From positions 391,468,001 through 391,532,000 of the forward strand of contig OZ024741.1 in NCBI GenBank assembly GCA_964016885.1: a stretch of 64,000 nucleotides of DNA, in the 5' to 3' direction. Origin of the DNA: Eledone cirrhosa (lineage: Eukaryota). Position 1 is the stretch's first letter; each line of letters begins with the position of its first letter. The notes below the pieces were generated by a model. That model was not told the origin of the DNA. It was given only the letters and a program-made list of their open reading frames with translations, and made no database searches. Positions 42,590 to 54,592 of the stretch are shown piece by piece. A program made the position numbers and the translations under genes.

Positions 42590-43589
42590 CAACCTCTCTA
42601 TACAGGTTGAGGCCAATCTCTCGGTCGTTAATTACCTCGACGTTACCCTCAATTTATTGAATGGGTTGTATTACCCGTATAGAAAGCCGAATGATACGCT
42701 TAATTACATAAGTAAGCATTCCAACCATCCTGCCAACATAACCAAGAACCTGGTAAGAAACGTTTCGTTGAGGCTTTCCCGTCTTTCCACCAACGAGCGC
42801 ATTTTCAACGACCATTCCACTTATTACAATGAAGCTCTTGCTCGAAGTGGATTTGTCGATAAGGTAGCATATACTGAGTATAAAATAGACCTAGAAGAAA
42901 TAGATCCCGTCGCATTTGTTGGTTTAACCCACCATATAATATGGAGGTGGCCACACCATTAGCTAAGATCTTTCTTTCCCTTATTACGAAGCATTTTCCC
43001 CCTACACATAAATATAGTAAAATTTTTAATAGAAATACTATTAAAATTTCTTACTCTACGACTCCTAACCTTGCACATAACATCACAGCTTCAAATTTAG
43101 CTAAACTACCTAGCCGTAGGAACACGTGCAACCCTGTAGTTAGTACTAACTGTAATTGTAGGAATCGGGATGATTGCCCCTATCCGGGAAATGCCTGTCT
43201 AGTAACATTGTCTACAAATGTAAGGTTGTAACACCCACGTCCTGTAGGGCCTACATAGGGTTAACCGCCAATAGTTTCAAGCAGCGTCTTTACATGCATA
43301 CCCATTCTTTTCGTTACCCTCTTAGAAGGAATATGACCTCACTTTCAGCTTATATCTGGAGTCTAAAAGACAACCACACCCAATATAAGTTACACTGGGA
43401 GATCCTAGCTAGGGCTAGATCGTATAACGGAAATAAAAGACCATGTGACCTCTGCGCCGCTGAGGCCCTGGAAATACTCTACGCCACAGACCACATCTTA
43501 AACAAAAAATCTGAGGCAATTTCGGCTTGTAAACATAAATTGCACAAAACTTTCCTGTATTACAGCCCCACGTTATACCCTAACGGATA
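42590..43589 (+). pseudogene. PLE polyprotein C-terminus: RT thumb, CxCx5Cx5C linker, GIY-YIG endonuclease (frameshifted)
   Basis: VNYLDVTLNL..PYRKPN..SNHP, WFNPPYN, IFNRNTIKISYSTTPNL, CNCRNRDDCPLSGKC, IVYKC..YIGLTANSFKQR, CDLC..LNKKSEAISACKH. Frameshifts near 42890 and 43180. The motifs resemble Hydra-clade PLEs (recalled, not tested). Confidence 0.92.
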
Positions 43590-44516
43590 TCACGATCTAT
43601 ACGTGGATATTTTACGTCTTGATGTGGGAGCTAAGTATATGTTTGTTTATTCCTTTACTTATTTGCAGAGGTAAGTATATATTACCAGTATGTTTTGTGA
43701 AGGTATGTTTACCTTCTCGTACGTATATTTGACTGTTATGGCGTATAATTTTTACGTATTCTGGTATTTAGGGTTTGGCTATGTGTATACGGGAGTTTTG
43801 CGTCTGCGTGAGTATGCAGGTTCGTACGTATGGTGGGTGTGTGTATATGTGTACTTCTTGTTTTAGTTGACTTACGTCTCCGAACATGCGTGTATTTGTA
43901 TGTAGATATGCGTGTGCGCTTTTTATATACGTATTTATTTACTTATATACGTTTATATAATTATCTATTTATTTGTACACAAGCATACACACACACACAT
44001 ATTTATATGTGCGTGGTTTTGTATACCTATGGTAAGGTTTTGCGTATGCTTGTGTATGTACGTATCTGTTTGCGTGTATGTATTTATTTGTTTCTATTAC
44101 TTCTGTATTGTATTTATTTACTTTGTTCTTAACTCTGTAGCGGAGATTCATTTGGTTTCCTAGTTAGAATTTTAGTCTACGACTTCTGCTTACCATTTAC
44201 GTGATTTTGTCTTTGCGTGCTATTGTTCTCCACGCTCCAAATTTGACTTATTATCTTCGTTTTTTCGTTCATTGCCAGAGAACGTCTCTATGCACCACCT
44301 AAGAGAACATTAGTCTACGACCTCTTTTATACCATAAACGTGGTTCTGTCTTTGCGCGTAATTGTTTTTCACCGCTCCTATTAATGACGTATATTTCGTT
44401 TTTTCCCGTTCTTTGCCAGCGAACGTTACCACGAACAAAAGTATCGTCTTCCTGTCTTCCTCCGGTTGCAACGTTTTTCGAAATATCCAGTTCTGCGTTT
44501 ACAGATTGACTTTGTT

Positions 44517-44567
44517 AGTTTCAGAAGATCCCGTTAAGGGTGAAAGCAGCGATTCTTTGCTTAAACT
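44517..44567 (+). ncRNA. Hammerhead-like motif with a CAGAAGA (A4) core in the family A pseudo-LTR; copies at 51008-51058 (-) and 53582-53632 (+)
   Basis: AGTTT-CAGAAGA-TCCC-GTTAA-GGGT-GAA-AGCA-GCGATTCTT-TGCT-T-AAACT; all three stems close in the correct register. Confidence 0.6.
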
Positions 44568-44587
44568 TTAATCTGTTATTTTAATAA

Positions 44588-44625
<38 letters not shown>

Positions 44626-44627
<2 letters not shown>

Positions 44628-44802
44628 GTACAATTGTTGTTCCCTTTCGTATAATTTGATTTAAACCGAGCTGATGATCCGAATAAGGTGAACCATTGTT
44701 CTCGGAAATGGTGAATTAACTCTTGTGGAACTACTTCTACCAAGCTCGACTCATAGATTGAGGGATCTACTACTACAGATATAACGCACCAGTGTTCTAC
44801 TT

Positions 44803-44803
<1 letters not shown>
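44626..44803 (+). mobile_element. Solo PLE end module (family B) with a hammerhead at 44666-44705
   Basis: Diverged reverse complement of 45351-45525. CCGAG-CTGATGA-TCCGAATAAGGT-GAA-CCATTGT-T-CTCGG; flanked by (TA)n. Confidence 0.75.
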
Positions 44804-44832
<29 letters not shown>

Positions 44833-44833
<1 letters not shown>

Positions 44834-45170
44834 CTGATGGTAGCTAAGATGCTTCCATAGGCGGTATGCCGGTTGAGCACTCTATGTTCTTACAGAGCAG
44901 AGTGTGATGTAATATAAAACGAAAAATCAGTGATGCATCTGAACTCAATTTATTGTGTGTTACAACTGTTTCGCCGGCAGACAGCTCGAGACACGATCAT
45001 TGTGTGGATGATTTGTGTTCGGATCAAATGTTCTCACTGGGGTGTTAGCGTCAAAAAACATCCTCTTCGCTCGTCCTGCTATTGGCTGTTGTTTTTCTAC
45101 GTCATCATAAATTTTGACCAACAGGTACTGTAAAACTGACCTTCAACTGTCGTTTTTTCTGCCACACTTC
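44833..45170 (-). mobile_element. Non-coding PLE-type end module (family C), homologous to 57011-57253
   Basis: Minus strand GATCGTGTCTCGAGCTG..GAAACAGTTGTAA..AATAAA..CACTGATT..ACTCTGCTCT..GAGTGCTCA aligns with 57084-57250 on the plus strand. Confidence 0.6.
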
Positions 45171-45350
45171 ATATATATATATATATGTGTGTATATATAT
45201 ATATATATGTGTGTGTATATATATATATATGTGTATATATATATATATATGTGTATATATATATATATATGTGTGTATATATATATATATATATGTGTAT
45301 ATATATATATATGTGTATATATATATATATATGTGTGTGTATATATATAT

Positions 45351-46662
45351 AAAGTAGAACACTGGAGTGTTATATCCGTAGTAGTAGATCACTCAGTCCA
45401 TAGGACGAGTTTGGTAGAAGTAGTTCCCCAACAGTTAGTTTACCATTTCCGACAACAATTGTTTCACCTTATTCGGATCATCAGCTCGGTTTAAATGAGA
45501 TTATACGGAAAGGGAACCAACAATACGCATGTGCAGAAACAGTCATTTCCCAAAGAAGATGTAATCCACGTTGGATCGGTCCGGGGATACAACTGTGGAT
45601 ACTCAGAATAAAAATAGATTATTCATGTTATTCAGTCCAGAATATTATAAATTGTTCATGTTAGTCAGTCTGGAGCTTTGTAATTACGTAATAGGTGTGG
45701 ACAATGCGAAAAAATTCATTCCTTGAATTTAGACAAGGGCTATTATGCCACTTCTCAAGATATTGATTCTTTCTTCAATGCACAACCCACAAGATGGATT
45801 CCCGTTTTAGTATGGCTTAGACTTAGTAATAACTTTCCATTGAGGGGACCATATGTTGGTCGCGAGCTTCATGGACGATCGCTTGTCCGGGTGTCTAAAT
45901 GTCGACAGATGATTCAGGAAGCATTCTTTAAATCGGCCCTCGCCATACCTACATAGGATTTGACCTCTTGTTGTTGATTTGGTCGGTTAGAAGTGACCAC
46001 AGCTTCGTAAATTACAGCGGGTGTGTTACATTGTTGTTGAAGTGGACAAGATTCAGGCTTTCGGCAAGATCATCCTGGTGGGGTGCTGCTCTTAGGATTG
46101 TTGGTGATGTTGGCCTTCATATTCTTAGCACAGGAGTATCCTATTTTCACCTTGTGTCTGTTAAAGATGGAGCGGTATTTGTGACCTGTGGGGAAGTGTC
46201 TATCTAAGAGATGTAAAAATATTTTACCTACATTAGTTTTAATGTTGAGTGAGAAGGGTGGGGGAGAACTAAATTATTTTACTATTAGAATGATTTCTTT
46301 TCCTATTGTTGTTGGCATTAGAAGGGGGTAAGCAATTGGTTGCGAGAAGCCGCTGTTAGCTAACGTCGTGTTGTAGTAGGGTGCCGGTCTATCAAAGATT
46401 GTTTTATTAGAGGATAGGTTAGAGATTCTAGTGCCGATATTTTTCAGGAAGTTTCTAAAAACTGTAGGTGGGTGGCATGAGTCCTTGTGTATGTAATTTA
46501 GTTTTTCATTTAGTTTATGGAAGGGTCTAAAGGTGTGTGTGTGTGTGAAGATCTAAATTTATGTCTAAGTAATCTACGCTAGTAAGGTTAGTAGCTAATG
46601 TTATCCTAAGTCCTAACTCATTAAAAGTAGTAAATGGTGAATTAACTGTTGTGGAACTACTT
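45351..46662 (-). mobile_element. 5'-truncated, decayed Penelope-like element (family B) with a short inverted pseudo-LTR piece at 46633-46662
   Basis: Minus-strand LGLRITLATNLTSVDYLDINLDL..RPFHK..YIHKDSCHPP..YYN..LANSGF (RT thumb) and a YVGM remnant near 45950. Hammerhead at 45449-45489 (-). AAATGGTGAATTAACTGTTGTGGAACTACTT at 46633 repeats the element's own end in inverted orientation. Confidence 0.85.
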
Positions 46663-46701
46663 ATATATATATATAATAAATTAATATAAATATAATAATT
46701 A

Positions 46702-46784
<83 letters not shown>

Positions 46785-46800
46785 CGTGTGTGTGTGTGTG

Positions 46801-47170
46801 TTAAGGGAATCAAAGTCAATGTTGCACAATATGTACAAACTTTATTGGCATATTACAATTGTTTCGATTTCGATCAGCTCAGGGTACAATCAAAATGACG
46901 GAGCCCGATGCTTTTTCGACATCTTATCAGATATGTGAGTTTATATGTGCAAAGTCACGCTGAGCTGATTGATATCGAAACAATTGTAATATGCCAATAA
47001 AGTTTGTACATATGCTACAACACTGACTTCGATTATTCTTAATCTATTTACACTGCGCACTACAGCCACCTTAACTCTGGAATACAAGCCAAACGAGACG
47101 GACCTCGTAACAGCATTGAGTGCTTCGAACGGCGTTCCACCTGTAACTGTAGTTACACACCTAACTAACA
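46801..47170. mobile_element. Foldback end module related to the 39395 motif, with a long-stem-II hammerhead-like motif at 46849-46935 (-)
   Basis: Inverted arms ~46801-46881 and ~46960-47042. Minus strand CATAT-CTGATAA-GAT..ATC-GAA-ACAATTGT-A-ATATG. The right arm continues ~130 nt to (TA)n. Confidence 0.7.
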
Positions 47171-47450
47171 TATATATATAGAGAGAGGGGGAGGGATAGA
47201 AAGAGGGACAAAGGTAGAGTACACGCATTTATATGTTTGTGCTCATAATACTTTTCAAGACTTTCGAGAAAGCTGAGATAAAGGGGAGAGGAAAGTATCC
47301 TCAAACTGGAGACCTGGTTTGAATGCTTGCAACAGAGTGGACTCCGTTAAAGTAAATCAAAAACAAGGTGGTGATGCTAAACCGAGTGACAGATTATACA
47401 TTTTACTCACGTAGGTCAGCTTAGTATTTGAATTCTAACGGCTCTGATAA

Positions 47451-49185
47451 CACCGTATAACATATTTTTGTTCCCCGGTTCTAAGTGTCATTTCCTGGTT
47501 TGTTATATCCCATTATTATTTAAAAAAACACTATTATTTAATCAGAAGTTTGGGTTTGTGGTCAGAAGTTTGATATTTCGAAATGTTCATATTTTTCAAG
47601 AAAAAACACATTTTTTTTAAATTTATCAGTTCATATAATTAAATCAACAGAGTATAATATATATTTATTTTATTACACAAGCTTATCAAAAGCAAACAAG
47701 TAAAAACAAATAACACTTATAAAGCAACTTATACACGTCAGAAATGACTGGATTTCCTGGATTTGCAGTTGTAGTCCAGGTCGCATTCCCGCATTAACCC
47801 CCAGATATGGTCCCCCATCATTTTTTCATTGTAGTGGCTCTGGTACCTCTGCTCTATCTCTTTCACATCTTGGTGGAATCGTTCGCCTTGTTCTTCTGAG
47901 TAGGCGCCCATATTGTCTTTGAATTTTTCCAGCATATGGAGTTTAAGCGACATCCTGCATCCCATGGCGCCAAAAGCCTTTATCAGATCCTGCACCAGTT
48001 GCTGGTAGTTTTCAGCTCTATAGTTGCCCAGGAAGCCCTTAACAACTGCTTTGAAACAGTGCCATGCTGTTCTCTCAATCCTATTGAATTTATTGGAGAA
48101 CTCGGTAGACTCAAACACCTTTATCTGAGGTCCAACAAAAATTCCACCTTTGATTTTGGCTTCAGATAACTTGGAGAAGAACTCAAGAAGGTACTTAAAA
48201 GCGGCTGATTCTTGGTTGAGAGCCTTCACAAACTGCTTCATCAACCCCAACTTAATGTGCAGTGGCGGCATGAGCACAATCCTGGGATCAACCAGTGACT
48301 CCCACATGACGTTCCGGGTCCCAACTACAAATTCTGTTCACTGCTCCCAGTTCTTTATTTTGTAGTGGCGAGAGGTGGCTCTGCTGTCCCAAAGGCAGAG
48401 GAAGCATTGGAATTTGATAAAGCCTCCTTGGAGTCCAAGCAGGAAAGCCACCATCTTGAAGTCTCCAATGATTTCCCAATTGTACTGGTTGTATTGCAGA
48501 GCTTCCAAGAGGACTTTCACACTGTAGTAATCTTCCTTCAGGCAGACTGAATGAGCTAGGAGCAGTGTCGGGAACTTATTTCTATTGTGGAGGAGGACAG
48601 CCTTCAAACTTGTGGTGGAGCTGTCTATAAATAGCCGCCACTCCCTAGGCACAAACGGCACCCCAATAACGTCAAACAGTCCAGGCACGTCATGGCAGAA
48701 GCACAGGCCATCCCTAAGAGTGTAAAAGCCTGAGAAAGGTTCGTGTCGACTTCTCTGACTTGTCACCTGCACTTCCTCCTTGACCAAGTTCCACTGCTTC
48801 ATCCTGGAGACGAATGCTTAAAACACAACTTACCCTTTATTCAGGGTGCGAAAATCCAGTATCAATAAATCTCTTTAATCCACTTTTTAACAATTTTATA
48901 CTTTATAGCACTTTTATAATTTTCTTTAGGTATTACTCTTTATTTTATCATTTTAATTTAACCTGAAACATATATAAAAAAATCATTTAACATAAGCAAA
49001 TTAAACTTACATACAACGTAAAATCCAGCATACAAATAATTCTAGTGAATAGCTTAGAATTTTTACAAACCCAAACTTTTAACTGTTTAATAGCACTTTT
49101 TTTTTAATTTATTTGGGACCTAAGCAACACAAAAAAGTGATTACAAGCCAGGAACAGAGAAAAAACATTTTTTTGTAACACGGTG
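47451..49185 (-). mobile_element. Chapaev3-type (CMC group) DNA transposon, internally deleted
   Basis: Ends CACCGTATAACA... and ...TGTAACACGGTG form imperfect TIRs with CAC/GTG termini. Identical TAA on both flanks (47448-47450, 49186-49188) fits a 3-bp TWA target duplication. Internal transposase remnant. Confidence 0.8.
47738..48802 (-). pseudogene. Transposase remnant, N-terminally truncated, with an in-frame TGA at 48338-48340
   Basis: WRLFIDSS..SLKAVLLH, IGDFKMV..LLGLQGGF..CFLCLWDSR, PPLHIKLGLMKQFVKAL, KIKGGIFVGPQI and SEEQGERFHQD. The two ORFs are in the same frame, joined by EQ*TEFVVGTRNV. Confidence 0.88.
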
Positions 49186-49902
49186 TAATTCGTCCCCTTG
49201 AATAAAGGAGACAAAGAGACGAAGAAAAACTATTTATATCTTCCATGTACTACTAATAAGACTGGATTTAGAGAATGCAAAGTTGTTTTTTTTTAATTAA
49301 TTTCATTTTTTTTAATTAATTTCATTTTTTACCTTATTTCATTTATTTTCTTCTCAAAGCTGTTGTTACACGGCTCAGTGTAATTATGGTAATATATACA
49401 AATGAAAATCGATAAAGAGGTTACAGAAGCTTTACTGCCTTATTTCCACATAGATAGTTTTTTTTTCGATGAAATTTTAGACGATGCATTTACATAAGTT
49501 GGGCAGTTGACCTCTACGAGCTGCATAACTTTTGTTCCGTGTCACATAGAACTGTATCAGGTCTGTTTGCACTGAATTGCTGTTTTTATTGGAATGTACC
49601 ACCTGTATTCTATATTTTTAGAGATGTAGGTGCCCTCTGATTCTGGTATATATTTCGTATGGCCGTCAGAGCAATCCATTACGTAGACAATATTGTAAAC
49701 ACTCTTCCTAACAATATGGTGTTACAAAGGGAGGTAGTACTTTGCAGACATTTTATTGGGGAGGGGAGGAATAGCTGCTTCTGATGCAGATATTTTCTAT
49801 CAATCGATATATTCCTGTATGTGTGTGTATATACATGTGTTTATGTAACAATAAACTATGTATAGACACACCTAACTATATATATATATACACAGTATAT
49901 AT

Positions 49903-50022
49903 AGTAATGGTGGTGGTGGTGATAATGATGGTGCCAATGAGGATAGTAGTAGTAGTAGTAGTAGTAGGAGGAGGAGGAGGAGGAGGAGGAGGAGCAGTAG
50001 TAGTAGTAGTAGTAGTAGTAAA
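49903..50022. repeat. Compound (GGT)/(AGT)/(GGA)n trinucleotide microsatellite
   Basis: Directly visible. Confidence 0.95.
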
Positions 50023-50167
50023 TGGCTAGCGTTCAGTTAAGATACAATTATGTTTTAATATTCACATTATAGAATATACACGTGATAAGAATAAGTTACG
50101 AAGATGAACCTGCGACTTTGTGTAAAATGTCGACCATACTTAAATTTGGAATGATACGCACAAATGC

Positions 50168-50453
<286 letters not shown>

Positions 50454-50598
50454 TTCTCCCGAATGAAACAGTTCTAGTCCTGTAGAAGCCTTTTCGCCTT
50501 TTCTATATTAAATATTTATACGTTGCTTTGTATTGAGTACCTTACTTACTGTGGTTACTCCCGATTGAACCCCGGATAAACATATATATATATATATA

Positions 50599-50859
50599 GG
50601 AAAAAGTATGACCCCGATGGCAGAGCTCAAGCCGTTTCGACGGCTATTTCTGGACTAAATTAGAATTTTTAGCCTAGTGGATAAATAGCTATTTATTCAC
50701 TAGGCTAAAAATTTTAATTTAGTCCAGAAATAGCCGTCGAAACGGCTTGAGCTCTGCCGTCGGGGGTCATACTTTTTTCCCATTTCCCACTCTACTACCC
50801 TAAGTATTGAGTGCTCTGGTGCGTTATGGTCCATCTGGTTCCTTACCACAATTCCTTTG

Positions 50860-50861
<2 letters not shown>
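50599..50861. mobile_element. 182-bp near-perfect palindrome (50599-50780) containing the 3' half of a hammerhead, plus an 80-nt extension
   Basis: Centre AAATAG|CTATTT at 50688/50689. The right arm reads GAA-ACGGC-TTGAGCTCT-GCCGT-C. (TA)n on both flanks. Confidence 0.75.
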
Positions 50862-50894
<33 letters not shown>

Positions 50895-50897
<3 letters not shown>

Positions 50898-53648
50898 ATA
50901 ATAATAATAAATTTGAAGACTAAAATCCAAAGAGGGCTCGATAAGGATAAATATATATCAAATATATAAGAACCGTAGAGCAAATATTTATTAAAATAAC
51001 AGATTAAAGTTTAAGCAAAGAATCGCTGCTTTCACCCTTAACGGGATCTTCTGAAACTAACAAAGTCAATCTGTAAACGCAGAACTGGATATTTCAAAAA
51101 ACGTTGCAACCGGAGGAAGACAGGAAGACGATACTTTGGTTCGTGGTAACGTTCGCTGGCAAAGAACGGGAAAAAACGAATATAATACGTAATTAATAGG
51201 AGCGGTGAAAAACAATTACGCGCAAAGACAGAAAGAACCACGTTTATGGTATAAAAGAGGTCGTAGACTAATGTTCTCTTAGGTGGTGCATAGAGACGTT
51301 CTCTGGCAATGAACGAAAAAACGAAGATAATACGTCATATGTGGACCGTGGAGAACAATAGCACGCAAAGACAAAACCACGTAAATGGTATAGCAGAAGT
51401 CGTAGACTAAAATCCTAACTAGGAGACCAAATGAATCTCCGCTACAGAGTTAAGAACAAAGTAAATAAATACAATACAGAAGTAGTAGAAATAAATAAAT
51501 AATACACGCAAACAAATACGTACATACACAAGCATACGCAAAAACTTACCATAGGTATACAAAACCCTGCACATATAAATATGTGTGTGTGTGTATGCGT
51601 GTATACAAATAAATAAATAATTATATAAACGTATATAAATAAATAAATACGTATATAACAAGCGCACACACATACGTACACATATAAATACACGAATGTT
51701 CGGAGACGTAAGTCAACCAAAACATGAAGTACACATATATACACACCCACCATACGTACGAACCTGCATACTCACACAGACGCAAAACTCCCGTATACAC
51801 ATAGCCAAACCATATGTACCAGAATATATAAAAAATTATACGCCATAACAATCAAATATACGTACGAGAAGGTATACGTACCTTCACAAAACATACGGGT
51901 AATATATACTTACCTATGCAAATAAGTAAATGTATAAACAAAACATATACTTAGCTCCCACATCAAGACGTAAAATATCCACGTATAGATCGTACTATCC
52001 GTTAGGGTATAACGTGAGGCTGTAATACAGGAAAGTTTTGTGCAATTTATGTTTACAAGCCGAAATTGCCTCAGATTTTCTGTTTAAGATGTGGTCTGTG
52101 GCGTAGAGTATTTCCAGGGCCTCAGCGGCGCAGAGGTCACATGGTCTTTTATTTCCGTTATACGATCTAGCCCTAGCTAGGATCTCCCAGTGTAACTTAT
52201 ATTGGGTGTGGTTGTCTTTTAGACTCCAGATATAAGCTGAAAGTGACGTCATATTCCTTCTTAAAGGGTAACGAAAAGAATGGGTATGCATGTAAAGACG
52301 CTGCTTGAAACTATTGGCGGTTAACCCTATGTAGGCCCTACGGGACGTGGGTGTTACAACCTTACATTTGTAGACAATGTTACTAGAGAGGCATTTCCCG
52401 GATAGGGGGCAATCAGCCCGATTCCTACAATAACAGTTAGTACTAACTACAGGGTTGCACGTGTTCCTACGGCTAGGTAGTTTAGCTAAATTTGAAGCTG
52501 TGATGTTATGTGCAAGGTTAGGAGTCGTAGAGTAAGAAATTTTAATAGTATTTCTATTAAAAATGTTACTATATTTATGTCTCGGCTTGTAAACATAAAT
52601 TGCACAAAACTTTCCTGTATTACACCCCCACATTATACCCTAACGGATAGTACGATCTATACGTGGATATTTTACGTCTTGATGTGGGAGCTAAGTATAT
52701 GTTTTGTTTATACATTTACTTATTTGCATAGGTAAGTATATATTATCCGTATGTTTTGTGAAGGTACGTATACCTTCTCGTACGTATATTTGATTGTTAT
52801 GGCGTATAATTTTTTATATATGCTGGTACATATGGTTTGGCTATGTGTATACGGGAGTTTTGCGTCTGTGTGAGTATGCAGGTTCGTACGTATGGTGGGT
52901 GTGTATATATGTGTACTTCATGTTTTGGTTGACTTACGTCTCCGAACATTCGTGTATTTATATGTGTACGTATGTGTGTGCGCTTGTTATATACGTATTT
53001 ATTTATTTATATACGTTTATATAATTATTTATTTATTTGTATACACGCATACACACACACACATATTTATATGTGCAGGGTTTTGTATACCTATGGTAAG
53101 TTTTTGCGTATGCTTGTGTATGTACGTATTTGTTTGCGTGTATTATTTATTTATTTCTACTACTTCTGTATTGTGTTTATTTACTTTGTTCTTAACTCTG
53201 TAGCGGAGATTCATTTGGTCTCCTAGTTAGGATTTTAGTCTACGACTTCTGCTATACCATTTACGTGGTTTTGTCTTTGCGTGCTATTGTTCTCCACGCT
53301 CCACATATGACGTATTATCTTCGTTTTTTCGTTCATTGCCAGAGAACGTCTGTATGCACCACCTAAGAGACATTAGTCTACGACCTCTTTTATACCATAA
53401 ACGTGGTTCTGTCTTTGCGCGTAATTGTTTTTCACCGCTCCTATTAATGACGTATTATATTCGTTTTTTCCCGTTCTTTGCCAGCGAACGTTACCACGAA
53501 CCAAAGTATCGTCTTCCTGTCTTCCTCCGGTTGCTACGTTTTTTTAAATATCCAGTTCTGCGTTTACAGATTGACTTTGTTAGTCTCAGAAGATCCCGTT
53601 AAGGGTGAAAGCAGCGATTCTTTGCTTAAACTTTAATCTGTTATTTTA

Positions 53649-53655
<7 letters not shown>
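50895..53655. mobile_element. Inverted pair of family A Penelope-like elements (minus copy 50895-52580, plus copy 52582-53655)
   Basis: About 1.07-kb inverted repeat (~50985-52063 vs 52582-53655), highly similar to 43020-44590; flanked by (TA)n. Confidence 0.93.
51995..52580 (-). pseudogene. Uninterrupted but 5'-truncated PLE linker and GIY-YIG endonuclease domain
   Basis: HKYSNIFNRNTIKISYS..CYCRNRADCPLSGKC..IVYKC..YIGLTANSFKQR..CDLC..LNRKSEAISACKH..PNG*. The first 18 aa of the listed ORF come from across the inversion junction. Confidence 0.9.
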
Positions 53656-53692
<37 letters not shown>

Positions 53693-53712
53693 ATATATAT
53701 ATATATATATAT

Positions 53713-53858
53713 AAAGAAAAAGCGATGAAATCGAAAATGCAACTGGAGTCTTATTTTTTTTTTAAATATATATATTTATTTGGTTCCTTTACCGGTTTCG
53801 CAGTTCTTCTGCTTTTCAAAAGGTAAGTTGAGATGGAGGGTCTGTGGTTTTTCTCACA
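53713..53858 (-). mobile_element. Family D module, partial inverted copy
   Basis: Reverse complement of 54390-54535; hammerhead-like motif at 53786-53823. Confidence 0.8.
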
Positions 53859-53970
53859 TCTGGTTGGTCTCTGAATGTTACTTGTTTTATACTGAAAAAG
53901 TGGCTCGAAATGCCAGGTTTTTCGAGAAGTAATTTGATTGGTTTGTCAATAATTGTAATAAATTTCGCGC

Positions 53971-54240
53971 CAGTTCGCGTTACAATAGTTCTTCAAATAA
54001 GAGAGGGGGGTTGTCACAGGTTGTTTTTTCATATATGAGTGTTTGAATTTCTTTTTACTTGAAAAAAGTAGGCTCACGAAGGCTTTTTTTTGACAGCCAA
54101 ATTTCATTTATAACCAACCAAAAAAAAGCCTTCGTGAGCCTCCTTTTTTCAAGTAAAAAGAAATTCAAACACTCATATATGAAAAAACAACCTGTGACAA
54201 CCCCCCTCTCTTATTTGAAGAACTATTGTAACGCGAACTG
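53971..54240. repeat. Inverted repeat with 120-bp arms and a ~28-bp spacer
   Basis: 53971-54091 and 54120-54240 are near-perfect reverse complements. Confidence 0.9.
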
Positions 54241-54249
54241 ATCAATAAC

Positions 54250-54592
54250 GCTGATCAATAGCGAAAAGCGCGTCACCAATCAATAAACGTAATGAATGCT
54301 TAACAAATCGTCGTTGTATTATTATATTTACATCTGTTTAGCTCTACACCTCGCTACAGACGTGAACCTAAACATCGATATATATATATGTGAGAAAAAC
54401 CACAGACCCTCCATCTCAACTCACCTTTTGAAAAGCAGAAGAACTGCGAAACCGGTAAAGGAACCAAATAAATATATATATTTAAAAAAAAAATATGACT
54501 CCAGTTGCATTTTCGATTTCATCTCTTTTTCTTTATACTTTCACTCGTGTAGGACACCTCGGTTATTTTTCATTTTGTAAAAAAAACCTCAC

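Noticed and set aside
48338-48340. In-frame TGA as selenocysteine or programmed read-through
   Set aside because: The transposase is also truncated and appears to carry small deletions. A nonsense mutation is simpler and I saw no SECIS.
49190-49900. Unique-looking AT-rich stretch as a possible host exon
   Set aside because: No ORF with recognisable motifs or convincing splice pair. A small exon cannot be excluded without RNA data.
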